The notes beneath the pieces were generated by a model that saw only the letters and a list, made by a program, of their open reading frames with translations, did not search any database and was not told the origin of the DNA. A program made the position numbers and the translations under genes. Positions 26,201 to 38,200 of a stretch of 64,000 nucleotides of DNA are shown here, one piece after another. The stretch spans positions 682,001-746,000 of the forward strand of contig MU054132.1 in the NCBI GenBank assembly GCA_013239625.1. Reading direction: 5' to 3'. How positions within the stretch are numbered: position 1 is the first letter of the stretch; each line of letters begins with the position of its first letter. Source of the stretch: Lama guanicoe. Taxonomy: Eukaryota.

Positions 26201-29200
26201 GTTTACCTATTCTACATATACCTGTCAGTATCTACAAATTTTGAACTCCCAGTGCATCCCTTCCCACCCCCCTTCCCCAGGCAACCACAAGTTTGTATTC
26301 CATGTCTATGAATCTGTTTTTGTTTTGTATTTATGTTCATTTGTCTTTTTCTTTTCTTTTTCTTTTTTTTTTAGATTCCACATATGAGTGACCTCATATA
26401 GTATTTTTCTTTCTCTTTCTGGCTTACTTCACTTAGAATGACATTCTCCAGGGACATCAGGTTGCTGCAAATGAAGTTATTTTATTCTTTTTTGTGACTA
26501 AGCAGTATTCCATTGTGTGTGTGTGTGTGTGTGTGTGTGTATACACATATACCATACATACATACCAGAACTTCTTTATCCAGTCATCTGTTGATGGGCA
26601 TCGAGGTTGTTTCCATATCTTGGCTATTGTAAATAGTGCTGCTATGAACATTGGGGTGCAGGTGTGTTTTTGAATCAAGGTTCCTTCTGGACATATGCCC
26701 AGGAGTGGAATTGCTGGATCATATGGTAAGTGAATTTTTAGTTTTTTGAGTTCATGGATTTTTGAATGATGGCCATTGAGTGATGTGAAGTGATATCAGA
26801 TTGTTGTTTTAATTTAGTTTCTCTGATAATTAGTGATATTGAGCATTTTTTCATGTGCCTCTTGGCCGTTTGTATGTCTTCACTGGAGAATTGCTTGTTT
26901 AGGTCCTCTGCCCATTTTTTGGATTGGGTTGTTTGGGGTGGTGGTGGTGGTGGTGGTTGTTGTTAAGTTGTATGAGCTGTTTATAGGTTCTGGAAATGAA
27001 GCCTTTGTCAGTCTCATCATTTGCAGGTATTTTGTGACATTCCTTATGTTGTTGTTTTGCTTATGGTTTCCTTTGCTGTGCAAAAAGCTCATAAGTTTCA
27101 TTAGGTCCCATTGGTTAATTTTTGCCTTTATTTCTGTTGCCTCATTGCCTGGGTAGAGTGCTCTAGGAGAGCATTGCTACGATTTATGTCAGAGAATGTT
27201 TTGCCTATGTTTTCTTCTAGGAGATTTATCATGTCTTGCCTTCTATTTAAGTCTTTAAGCCATATTGAATTTATTTTTGTGTATGGAGTGAGGGTGTGTT
27301 CCCCGTTCATTGATTTACATGCTGTGATCCAGTTTTCCCAACACCACTTGTTGAAGAGACTGTCTTTTCTCCATTGTATATTGTTGCCTCCTTTGATTAA
27401 GTGACCATAGGTCTGTGGATTTAATTTTGGGCTCTCTGTTCTATTCCATTGGTCCATATGTCTGTTTTTATGCCAGTACCCTGCTGTTTCGATCACTCTA
27501 TTTGTGTAGTATTGTCTGAAGTCTGGGAAGGTTATTCCTCTAGCTTCGTTCTTTTTCTTCAGTATTGCTTTGGCAATTCTGAGTCTTTTGTGATTCCATA
27601 TAAATTTTAGGATTGTTTGTTCTGGTTCTGTGAAAAATGTTCTGGTAATTTGATAGGGATCGCATTAAATCTGTAGATTGCCTTGGGCACTATGGCCATT
27701 TTAACGGTAATTTGATTCTTCCAGTGCAAGAGCATGGGATATCTTTCCATTTCTTTACGTCATCTTTGATTTCCTTAATCAGTGTTTTGTAGTTCTCCAT
27801 GTGTAAGTCTTTCACCTCGGTCAGATTTCTTCCTAAGTATTTTATTGTTTGGGATGCAATTTTAAAAGGGATTGTTTCTGTATTTTCTTTCCCTGCTAAT
27901 TCAGTTAGTGTAAAGAAAATGCAACTGATTTTTGTATGTTAATCTTGTATCCTGCTACCTTGCCAAACTCTTTTATCAGCTCTAGTAGTTTTTGTGTGGA
28001 GCTTCTAGGGTTTTCTGTATACAGTATCATGTCATCTGCATATAGTGACAGTTTTACCTCATTTTCCAATTTGGATCCCTTTTATTTCTTTTTCTTTTTT
28101 CTTTTTTACATTGAAGTACAGTCAATTACAATGTGTCAGTTTCTGGTGTACAGCACAATGTCCCAGTCATGCATATACATACATATATTTGTTTTCCTGT
28201 TTTTTTTTTCATTCAAGGTTATTACCATATGTTGAACATGATTCCCTGTGCTATCCAGAAGAAACTTTTTTTAATCTGTTTTTATATATATTGTCTAACA
28301 TTTGTAAATCTCAAACTCCCAGATTTATCCCTTCCCACCACCTTTCCCTAGTAACCATAAGATTGTTTACTATGTCTGCAAGTCTGCTCCTGTTTGGTAG
28401 ATGAGTTCATAGTGTCCTTTTTTTTCCTTTTTCTTTTTTCTTCTTCTTTTTCTTTTTTTTTTTTAATACTCCACGTATGAGTGATATACTATATGGTATT
28501 TTTCTCTTTCTGGTTTCCTTCACTTAGAATGACGATCTCTAGGGCCATCCATGCTGCTGCAAATGGCATTGTTTCATTCTTTTTTAAGACTTGAGTACTG
28601 TTCCATTGTATAAATACACCACAATGTCTTTATCCAGGCATCTGTCCATGGACGTTGAGATTGCTTCCATATCTTGGCTATTGTATATTTTGCTGCTATG
28701 AACATTGAGGTGTATGTATCTTTTGGAATTTAGAGTTCCCTCCAGTTATGTATCCAGAAGTGGGATTGCTGGATCATATGGTAAGTCTATTTTGAGTTTC
28801 TTGAAGAATCTCCATACTGTTTTCCATAATGGCTGCAACCAAACTACATGCTCACCAACAGTGTAGGAGGGTTCCCTCTTCTCCACACTCTCTCCTGCAT
28901 TTATTGTTTGTAGACTCTTTAGTCATGGCCATTCTGACGTGTTTCAGGTGGTAACGCATTGTAATTTTGATTTGCCTTTCTCTAACAATTATCGAGCATC
29001 TTTTCTCACTTGATGGCCATGTGTTTGTCCTCTTCGGGGAGATGTCTGTTTAGGTCTTCTGCCCATTTTTTGATTGGGTTACTTTGTTTTTTTGTATTAA
29101 GGTGTATGAGCTCTTTGTATATTTTTAAAATTATTTCCTTGTTGCTCACATCATGTGCAAATATTTTCTCTCATTTTGTAGATTGTCTTTTCGTTTTGTT

Positions 29201-32200
29201 GATAGTGTCCTTAGCTTGCAGAAGCTTTTAAGTTTTATTAGATCCCATTTGTTTACTTTTGCTTTTATTTGTATTTTTCCAGAAGCTGGTCCAAAAAACA
29301 TACTGCTTTGATTTATGTCCAAGAGTGTTTTGCCTGTGTTTTTTTTCTAGGAGTTTTATAGTATCTGGTCTTACATTTAAGTCTTTAATCCATTTTTAGT
29401 TCATTTTTGTATCGGGTGTTATACTGAATTCTTTCTTAATCTCAAGTACTATTCTAGGCACTGTAGATTCAGCAGCAAACACCCACAAAGTTCCTGTGGA
29501 GTTCTGTGGGATTTTAAATAAGACTCCTTGATCAGAAGGGCAGTGGTGTGACACCAGTGGCATTAAGCTGAGTCTCCAGTGACACGGAAGAGGTCTGGGG
29601 AGCCAAATCCTGAAAATAGGATGCGTGACTTCGTGTGGGATGCAGAGATTGTGTTGCTGGAGTAGTGGTTCTGTTTGGCAGTGTATTGAGTGAGGCCTTC
29701 ATTCTTCCATTTCCACGTGTCTCAGCCTCCTGAGGCGGTTATGGTCCTGCCCCAATCATCTGTACGATGGTTTTTCATAGAGACACTGTTACCGGAGTAA
29801 CAGGTTTGCAAATCTGATCTAGGAGATACAATGTAGACTTAGTTCTCAAGCAAGAACCTGTTCTGCTGCCTACAGCGTTGTAAAAGAGTTGGAAACAGCG
29901 TTGTAAAAGAGTTGGAAACAGTTTTATCAAGGTCAAGTGCCAGTTTGCTTTTTTCACCTTTGAAAACTTTGCCCAAGAGTTTGAGCAGTAGAAGGCTCCG
30001 ATTAATGGAGCAGCATATGAGTCCATCGCAGATCCTCTGAATGGATATATTATTCATATATTTCTGGGTTTGGTTGAAGTTACCAGTTCCTAATGGTACT
30101 AACTCCTGAATAACTGACATAGAAAATGTCGATAGCTTAATTGAAAACGTATCCAAAACTAACAGGTCAGTTATATACTAAAAACAGTCACCGATACTAC
30201 TGATTTATTGCAGGGATGGCTGCGTTGGTGTACAGTCAGTGATAGACAACAAAATACTAACAGCTATTGATTTCTACAGCATATATTTACATCACTTGGA
30301 CCCAAGCTCAGCCAACAAGTGCAGAGACTTCAGGCCCTCAGACTTCTAATGAAAACACAAGAGGAAACATGTTGCTTACAACAGTGCAGAAAATAAATAC
30401 ATTAAAAATGTGTTACATATTTGTAATTCATTAGAAGCCTTATTACAGGGAACTTACCTGACTTTGTAGAAATATTAAAAAAAATTTTTTTCATTGTGAT
30501 GAAATACAGATAAAAAATTTGCCATCCTAACCATTTTTAAGTGTACAGTTCAGTAGTGTTAAGTATATTTACATTGTTGTGGAACCAATCTCCAGAATCT
30601 TTCATCTTGCAAAACTGAAACTCTATACCCATGAAACAATAAACCCCCATTTTCCTTTCCCCCCAGACCCTGGCAACCACCATTCTATGTTCTGTCTCTC
30701 TGAATTTGGCTACTTTAATTCATATAAGTGGACTCATACAGTATTTATCTTTCTCTGACTGGCTTATTTCACTCAGCATAATGTCCTCAAGGTTCATTCA
30801 TGTTTTAGGACATGTCCGAACTTCCTTCTCTTTTTTTCAGGCTGAATAATACCCCATTGTATGTATGCACTCATTTTGTTTATCCATGGATACTTGGGTT
30901 GCCTTCACCTTTTGCCTGTTGTTAATAATGTCACTATGGTGTACATTTAATTAAGCCTGTGGGTGTACAGATACCTCTTTAAGATCCAGCTTTTGATTCT
31001 TTTAAGTATATGCCCAGAAATGGAATTGCTGGCTCACATGGCAGTTTAATTTTTTTTAATAGACTTTATTCTTTTAGAGCAATTTTAGGTTCACAACAGA
31101 ATTGAGCAGAAAATACAGAGTTCGCACGTGGCCCTCGCCACCCACACATACGTATTCCCCTACCCTCAACATCCCTCAGTAGTGTGACATATTTGGTACA
31201 GTCGATGAACCAACATGGGCACATTATTATCAGCCAAAGCCCATAGTTTGCATTAGGGTTCACTCTTCATATTGTACAGTCTGTGCGTTTTGACAAACGC
31301 ATGATGACATGTAGCCATCACTATAGTATCATACAGAGTAATTTCATCACCCTAGAAATCCCTTGTGCTCCATCTATTCATTCTTCCCTCCTTCCCTTTT
31401 CCCCAACTCCTGGAAACCATGATCTTTTTATTGTTTCTGTAGCTGTGCCTTTTTCAGAATGTCATTTGGTTGGAATCGTAGTTTGTAGCCTTTTCAGACT
31501 GGCTTCTTTCATTCGGTAATGTGTCTTTTAAGTTTCTTCTATGTCTTTCATGGCTTGATAGATTTTTTTTTTTACTGCACATATATTTTTTAGTTTACAT
31601 ATATGTACTGTTCATTTTTTCTAAGAATGTTTAGAGCTTTTAGCTTTTTAAACTTACATAGTTATCAAAAGACTAAAGCCAACCACAAAATAAGAATTAA
31701 CTTACAGATACATACACCCTGCTATTAACAGCAACATTATTTATAATTGCAAAGATACGGACGCATCCTAAGTGCACATCAATAATTGAATAGATAATGG
31801 AGATGCAGCATATACATATATGTAATGGAATATAACTCACCCATGAAAAAGAAGGATATTTTGCCATTTGTAGCCCTTCATTCACTTTTATTTTTTTCAC
31901 TTCAAAACCCAGAATTTTATAACTGGCAGAGACATTTCCATTACATCAAAAACAACACTTAACCAAGGAAATTACCTATACTCTGAAAACTGAAATGACA
32001 CAAAGAAATGGAAAAATTTCTTGTGCTCTTGGATTGGAAGAATCAACACTATCAAAATGGCCACACTACCCAAATCAATCCACAGATCAGTGCAGCCCCT
32101 GTCAAAATACTCGCGACATTCCTCACAGAACCAGAACAAACAATTCCAGAATTTATAAGGAACCACAAAAGACCCCAAACAGCCAAAGCAATCTTTTGTA

Positions 32201-35200
32201 GGTCTCTCTTTCTTTTATTTTCTCTTTCTCTCTTTTTTTTTTTTCCTGGTTTGATGACTAGAGAGGGTCCTTTAACATTTGTTGTAAAGCTGGTTTGGTC
32301 ATGCTGAAATCTTTTAGCTTTTGTTTATCTGTGAAGCTTTTGATTTCTCCATCAAGTCTGAACGAGAGCCTTGCTGGATAGAATATTCTTGGTTGTAAGT
32401 TACCCCCTTGCATCACTTTAAATATATCATGCCACTCCCTTCTGGCCTATACTGGCCTATAGAGTTTCTGCTGAAAAATCAGCTGATAACCTTATGGGAG
32501 TTCCCTTGTATGTTATTCGTTGCTTTTCTCTTGCTAATTTTAGTATTTTCTCCTTATCCTTAATTGTCGTCAATTTGATGACTGTGTACCTCAGTGTGTT
32601 TCTCTTTGGGTTAATTCTCTGTGGTACTCTCTGCACTTCTAGGACTTGGGTGACTTTTTCCTTTCCCAAGTTGGGAAAGTTTTCGCTGATTATCTCTCCC
32701 AAAATTTTCTCAGGTCTTTTCTCTCTCTCTTTCTGGGACCCCTGTCATGTGAATATTAGAGCGCTTCATTATTACCCCAGAATTCTCTTAAACTATCCTC
32801 ATTCCTTTTTATTCTTTTTTCTGTTTTCTGTTCTGAAGTAGTGATTTCCACTGATATGTCTTCTAGCTCACTGATCATTCTTCTGCCTCATTTAATACAT
32901 TCTTGGTTCCTTCTAGTGTATTGTTCATTTCAGTGATTTTATTCTTCAACTCTGGGTATTCTTTATATTTTCCAATTCTTTACTAAAAACTTGACTATGT
33001 GCATCTATACTCATCTTGAATTCTCTTAACATCTTGGCCATCATTACTTTAAACTCTTTCTCATATAAATTACCTATCTCCTCATCACTTATATCATCTT
33101 CTGGGATTTTATCTTGTGCTTTGGCCTGGGAGATACTCCTTTGCCGCCTATCTTTCTGTGTGTTAGTGGATTCCTTCCACAGGCTTTGAGATTATTTTTT
33201 TATTTCTAGTATCTGCCCCTGGTGGATGAGGCTGAACTGGAGGCTTATGCAGGTTTCCAGGCAGCAGGAGCCATTGCTTGCCCACTGCTAGGTGAAGCTT
33301 GGTCCTCGACCTCTAGTGGGTATGGCTGTGTCTAGAGGCCTTTGTGGCTTTGGAAGTCTGAGATGGGTGTGGCTGTGTTTCCACCCTGTACATGTTGTTT
33401 GGCCTGAGGCTTCCCTACAGGCTGTTGGGTGGGGCTAGGTCTTCCGTGCTAATGATCCAATCAAGATATGAGCCTCCAGGAAAGCTCATGTAGATGGACA
33501 CTCCCAGAATGTCCACCACCAGCTTTTATGACCCCTGAATGAGCTGCACCTGTCCCCTATGTCCCCAGGAGACCCTCCAAATCCAGCAGGCAGGTCTGGC
33601 CCAGGTTCCTGTGAAATCACTGCCACTGCCCTTGGAGTTGGTGCATATGAGTTTCCGTGTACGCTTCTCAAGCAAATGGAATCTCCGTTTTCCCCAGTCC
33701 TGTGAGGCTCCCAGAGCCAAGCCCCCCCTAATCTTCAAAACCAGATGTCCTGAGGTCTCTCTTCCCAATGTTGGGACCCAAGCTGGGGAGCCTCATGTGG
33801 GGCTTAGAGCTCTCACTCCTGTGGGAGGGCTTCTGTGACTTAACAAATCTTTAGCTTGTGGGTCGCCCACCCAGGGGATATGGGGCCCAATTATATCACG
33901 AGCTCGCCCTCCTACCGTCCTGCTGTGGTTCCCTTGTTATGTTTCGAGTTGCAGAAGATCTCTTTTGCTAGGTTCCAGTCTTTTTTTCGATAGTTATTTA
34001 GCATTCAGTTGTGGTTTTGTTGTAGTCGTGAGGAGAGGCAAGCTCGTGGTCCTACGGCTCCGCCATCTTGACCAGAACTCCCTGGCAGTTATAGTTTTAA
34101 TTTTTAAGGAACCACCATCGTGTTTCTTCAACAGCTGTACCATTTTATATTCCTACCAACAGTGCACAAATGTTCCAATTTCTCCACACCCTTGCTAGCA
34201 CTTGTTATTTTCTGATATATATTTTTTTGATGGTGCCATCCTAACGAATGTGAGGTGGTATCTAACTGTAGTTTAGATATTGCATTTCTCTAATGATCAT
34301 TGTTGTTGAGTATCTTTTCATGTGCTTATAGTTTATTTGTTTATCTTCTTTGGAGAAATGTTTTTTTTTGTATTATTATTTAATCTTAGAACATTCATAA
34401 CATTATGAAGAGAAATGTTAATTCAAGTTCTTTATCCATTTCTGAATCACGTTTCTGTTGTTAAGATGTAGAAGTTTATATTTTCTGGGTATTAACCCCT
34501 TATCAGATACATGATTTTCAAACATTTTCTTCCATCCCATGCGTTGCCTTTTCACTTTGTTGATTGAGTCCTTTTGATGCTCTGAAGTTTTAAATTTTAA
34601 TGTAGTCCAATTTACTAGTTTTTCTTTTGTTGTTGTGCTCTTTGAGTTATATCCAAGAAATCATTGCTAAGTTTAATGTCATGAAGATTTTCCCCTTGTT
34701 TCTTGTAAGAACTTTATAGTTTTAGCTCTTATACTTAGGTCTTTGTCCATCTTAGTTTATTTTTGTAAATGGTATAACGTAAGGGTCCAACTTCATTCTT
34801 TCACGTGTGGACATTTAGTTTTCCCAGCACCATATATTGAAACGACTGTCCCACATTGAATGGTCTTGGCACCCTTGTCAAAAATCATTTCACCATCTGT
34901 ATTAGTTTGCCATGGCTGCCATAACCAAGTACCATGGGCTACTGGCTTAAACAACAGAAGTTTTCTCACAGTTGTGGAGACCAGAAGTCCAAGATCAAGG
35001 TGTTGGCAGGGTTGACTTCTCCTTTTGGCTATCTTCTCCCTATATTTTCACATGATTGTGCCTCTGTGCATGTCTTTAGAAGGAGAACAGTCACTGGTAT
35101 TAGGGCTCACCTGTATGACCTCATTTCACTGTAGTTACCTCTTTAAGGCTCTGTCTCCTAGTACAGTCACATTCTGAGATATACGGGGGTTAGGACTTCA

Positions 35201-38200
35201 ACATATGAACTGATGAGGGAGCACCATTCAGCCCATAGCACCACATATTTGAGGGTTTATTTCTGGGCTCTCTATTCTCCTTTGGTTTATATGTCTGCCT
35301 TTATGCCAGTACCACACTATTTTGATTATTGTGGCTTTGTAATAGGTTTTCAAATCAGGAATTGTGGGATGTCCAATTTTGTTCTTTTTCAAGATTGTTC
35401 TGGCTATTTGGGTGCTAGCCCCTTGAGATTCCATATGAATTTTTAGGATAGATTTTTCTATTTCTGCAAAAAGTTGCCATTGGGATTTTGATATGGATTT
35501 GCATTAAACCCCTGAAAAGTAAAATCCAAAAAAGTATCTCTTCTTTTGGGAGGCTTGCCTCCTTAACAATATTAAGTCTTAATACATGAATATAGGATGT
35601 CTTTCCTTTTGTTTATGTCTAATTTCTTTCAGCGTAGTTTTGTAGTTTTCTCTATACAAGTCTTTCACCTTTTTGGTTAAATTTATTTCTAAATAATCTT
35701 TTTGATGCTATTGTAAATGAGAAAAATTTTAATTTTCTTTAATTATGATTGTGTACAAACAACTGATTTTTGTGTACTGATTCTGTATCCTACAGCTTTG
35801 CTGAATTTGTTTATTAATTCTAACTTCTTTTGTGTAGTCTCTAGGGTTTTTTTTACATATGAGTTCATGTCTGTGAACAAAGATAATTTTGCTTCTTCCT
35901 TTCTAATTTGGATACATTTCTCCTTCTTTCCTGAGTGCTCTGGTTGGGAGTTGGGACTTCCAGTCCTGTGATACTTGTAGTGGTGGAAATGGGCATCCTT
36001 GTCTTGTTCCTGGTGTTAGAGGAAAAGTTTTCAGTCTTTTACCTATTTAGTATGATGTTAGCTAAGGGTTTTCATAGTTAGCCTTTATCATGTTGAAGTA
36101 GAGGAACTTAACCTGACTTTTAAAGAAGATGACACTCTTCTTAGGAGGAGAAAATTGTCAAAAAAAGGTGAATTATTCTCACTTGCCACCCTGTTTTAAA
36201 GTAGTTAAAAATAACTTTATCTACTTGAATAACAAAAGAGGGTTTAAGTAAAATTTTTATTTACAGTGTCAAGTTGTAGGAGATTGTATCTTTCCCCTAA
36301 AGCAGGGATAATTAATTGGCATGTTTATATATACTAAAAAGATATTCTTTATAAAACGGAGTCATACACCATTGTTATAATATATAAGCTTTTATAATTG
36401 TCCAGGTATGATGTACTTTTACTAAGATCTTTATTTCTTCATATGGCCTTTAAGTTACTGTCAAGTGTCCTTTCATTTCAGTCTACAGGATTCCTTTTAG
36501 CATTTCCTGCAGAGCAGATCTAGTGGTGATGAACTCCCCCAGCTTTTGTTTATCTGAGAATGTCTTGATTTCTCCTTAGTTTTGTCAGATACGGGATTTT
36601 TGGTTGACAGTGTTTTTCTTTTAACACTTTTAATATATCAGCCTACTGCCTTCTGGTCTCCATAGTTTCTGATGAGAAATCTGTGGATAATCTCATTGAG
36701 GATCCCTTGTATTTAATGAGTACTGCTCTTATGTTGCTTTCCAGATTCTGTCTTTCATCAGTTTGAATATAATGTGTGTTGGTGTGGGTTTCTGAGTTCA
36801 TTCTGCTTGGAGTTCTTTAAGCTTCTTGGATGTTTATATTCTTTAATCAAATTTGGAAAGTTTTTGGCCATTATTTCTTCAGATACTCTCTCTGCCCCTT
36901 TTTCTTTCTCTTCTTCTGGGACTTGCATAATGTGTATGTTGACCTGCTTGACGGTGTCTCATAGGTCCCTTAGGCTCTGTTCACTTCAGTATTTTTTCTT
37001 TCTCTTCCTTAGACTTGATAATTTCAGTTGCCCTATCTTCAGTTTCACTAATTCTTTAATATACGTGCTCAAATCTGCCTTTGACTCAGAGCAGAGATCC
37101 CTGATATTTGGAGGACAGAATCCTTACTGCCCACCCTGGCTTCCAAAGGCTGTGTGCAAGCTGCAGCAGGAACATATGCAAGGCTGCCTGCACAGGGCTG
37201 GGTGCTGGGTAGCTGCCTCTGTGCTAAGGGCTGAAATCCACCTAATTTATTCTGTCTACCTTCTTCTGCAAGTTTGCAAGTCCTCAGTAGACTCTAAGAG
37301 TTCCAAGATAGTTCTGCCAGTGCAGTTGTTATCTAGGTGAGTAGATGGATTTCCTGGTGCTTCCTACTCTACCACCTTCTCAGAATACTCCTCATACTCA
37401 TAAAATTTTTAAAGAAAGATTTTATTTGAACAGTTTGAGGACTAGTGAGATGTTCCTAACCCGTAAGACTACCGCTGTTTTGCACACACAGGTGCACATG
37501 CACACGAAACACCCTCCAGAGCATTGTCTCCCATCCCTTCTGAGGCAGATGGTTTATGGCCTAGGGCAGGCAGCCTGCACAGAGCAGCGGTCTTGAGAGA
37601 GCCACCCCCAAGAGAGCTCCAGACCTGAGACTGTTCCCAGCACAGATGGAGCTCATAGGAGGACAGTAGGATGGCCACTTTTCCTCTCCTTGGGGCTTGA
37701 GTTATTCAAGTCATTGAATAACTCAACCCATTGAAACAGTGTGAGAATTGGGCTAGATCAGTGTTTCTTCAGTGAAACCACAGGACAGACTTTTTACATA
37801 GAACACTGATAATAATTATTTCAAGAAAAAAAAAATTACCAGACCAGGAAAGCTTCCAGACTCAGCAGTATAATAGTGAAAATAAAATAGAATAACTAAA
37901 TGAACTATTATAGCAATTTTAGAACTAACAGTGGTCTAGTTTTCAGTGAATTGCAGAAAATTAATCAAAGCACAGAGACATAGAAAGCAGAGACAGCATA
38001 AGCGAAGTTAACTTTTTACCATAACTCAGTTCTTTGCAGTGGAAATTGAAGGTGGATATAATTGGGGAAGCTATAGGCAATTCTTTTTTTCTGATTCTGG
38101 GTCTCAGTTTCCTCATCTGTAAAACTGGGCCTGGAATAGTTCTCTGAGAAGACTTTTCATTTGTACTCTGGAGTAAATTTTTGGCTGTGTGATTATAGGG

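Larger units (their letters stand above)
30466..36102 (-). mobile_element. Old L1 (L1MA/MB-like) insertion with nested elements
   Basis: Antisense L1 3'UTR at 30480-31046, continuing as ORF2 at 34091-36102. TSD GGAACTTA(A)CCTGACTTT at 30449-30465 and 36103-36120. Confidence 0.85.

Noticed and set aside
29872..29921. CRISPR-like direct repeat
   Set aside because: Only two adjacent copies with no spacer, in mammalian DNA; a simple tandem duplication.
37830..38070. A-rich non-repeat-like stretch as a possible further piece of the viral-like L gene
   Set aside because: I could not recognise any L motif by eye; worth including in the homology search but unsupported now.
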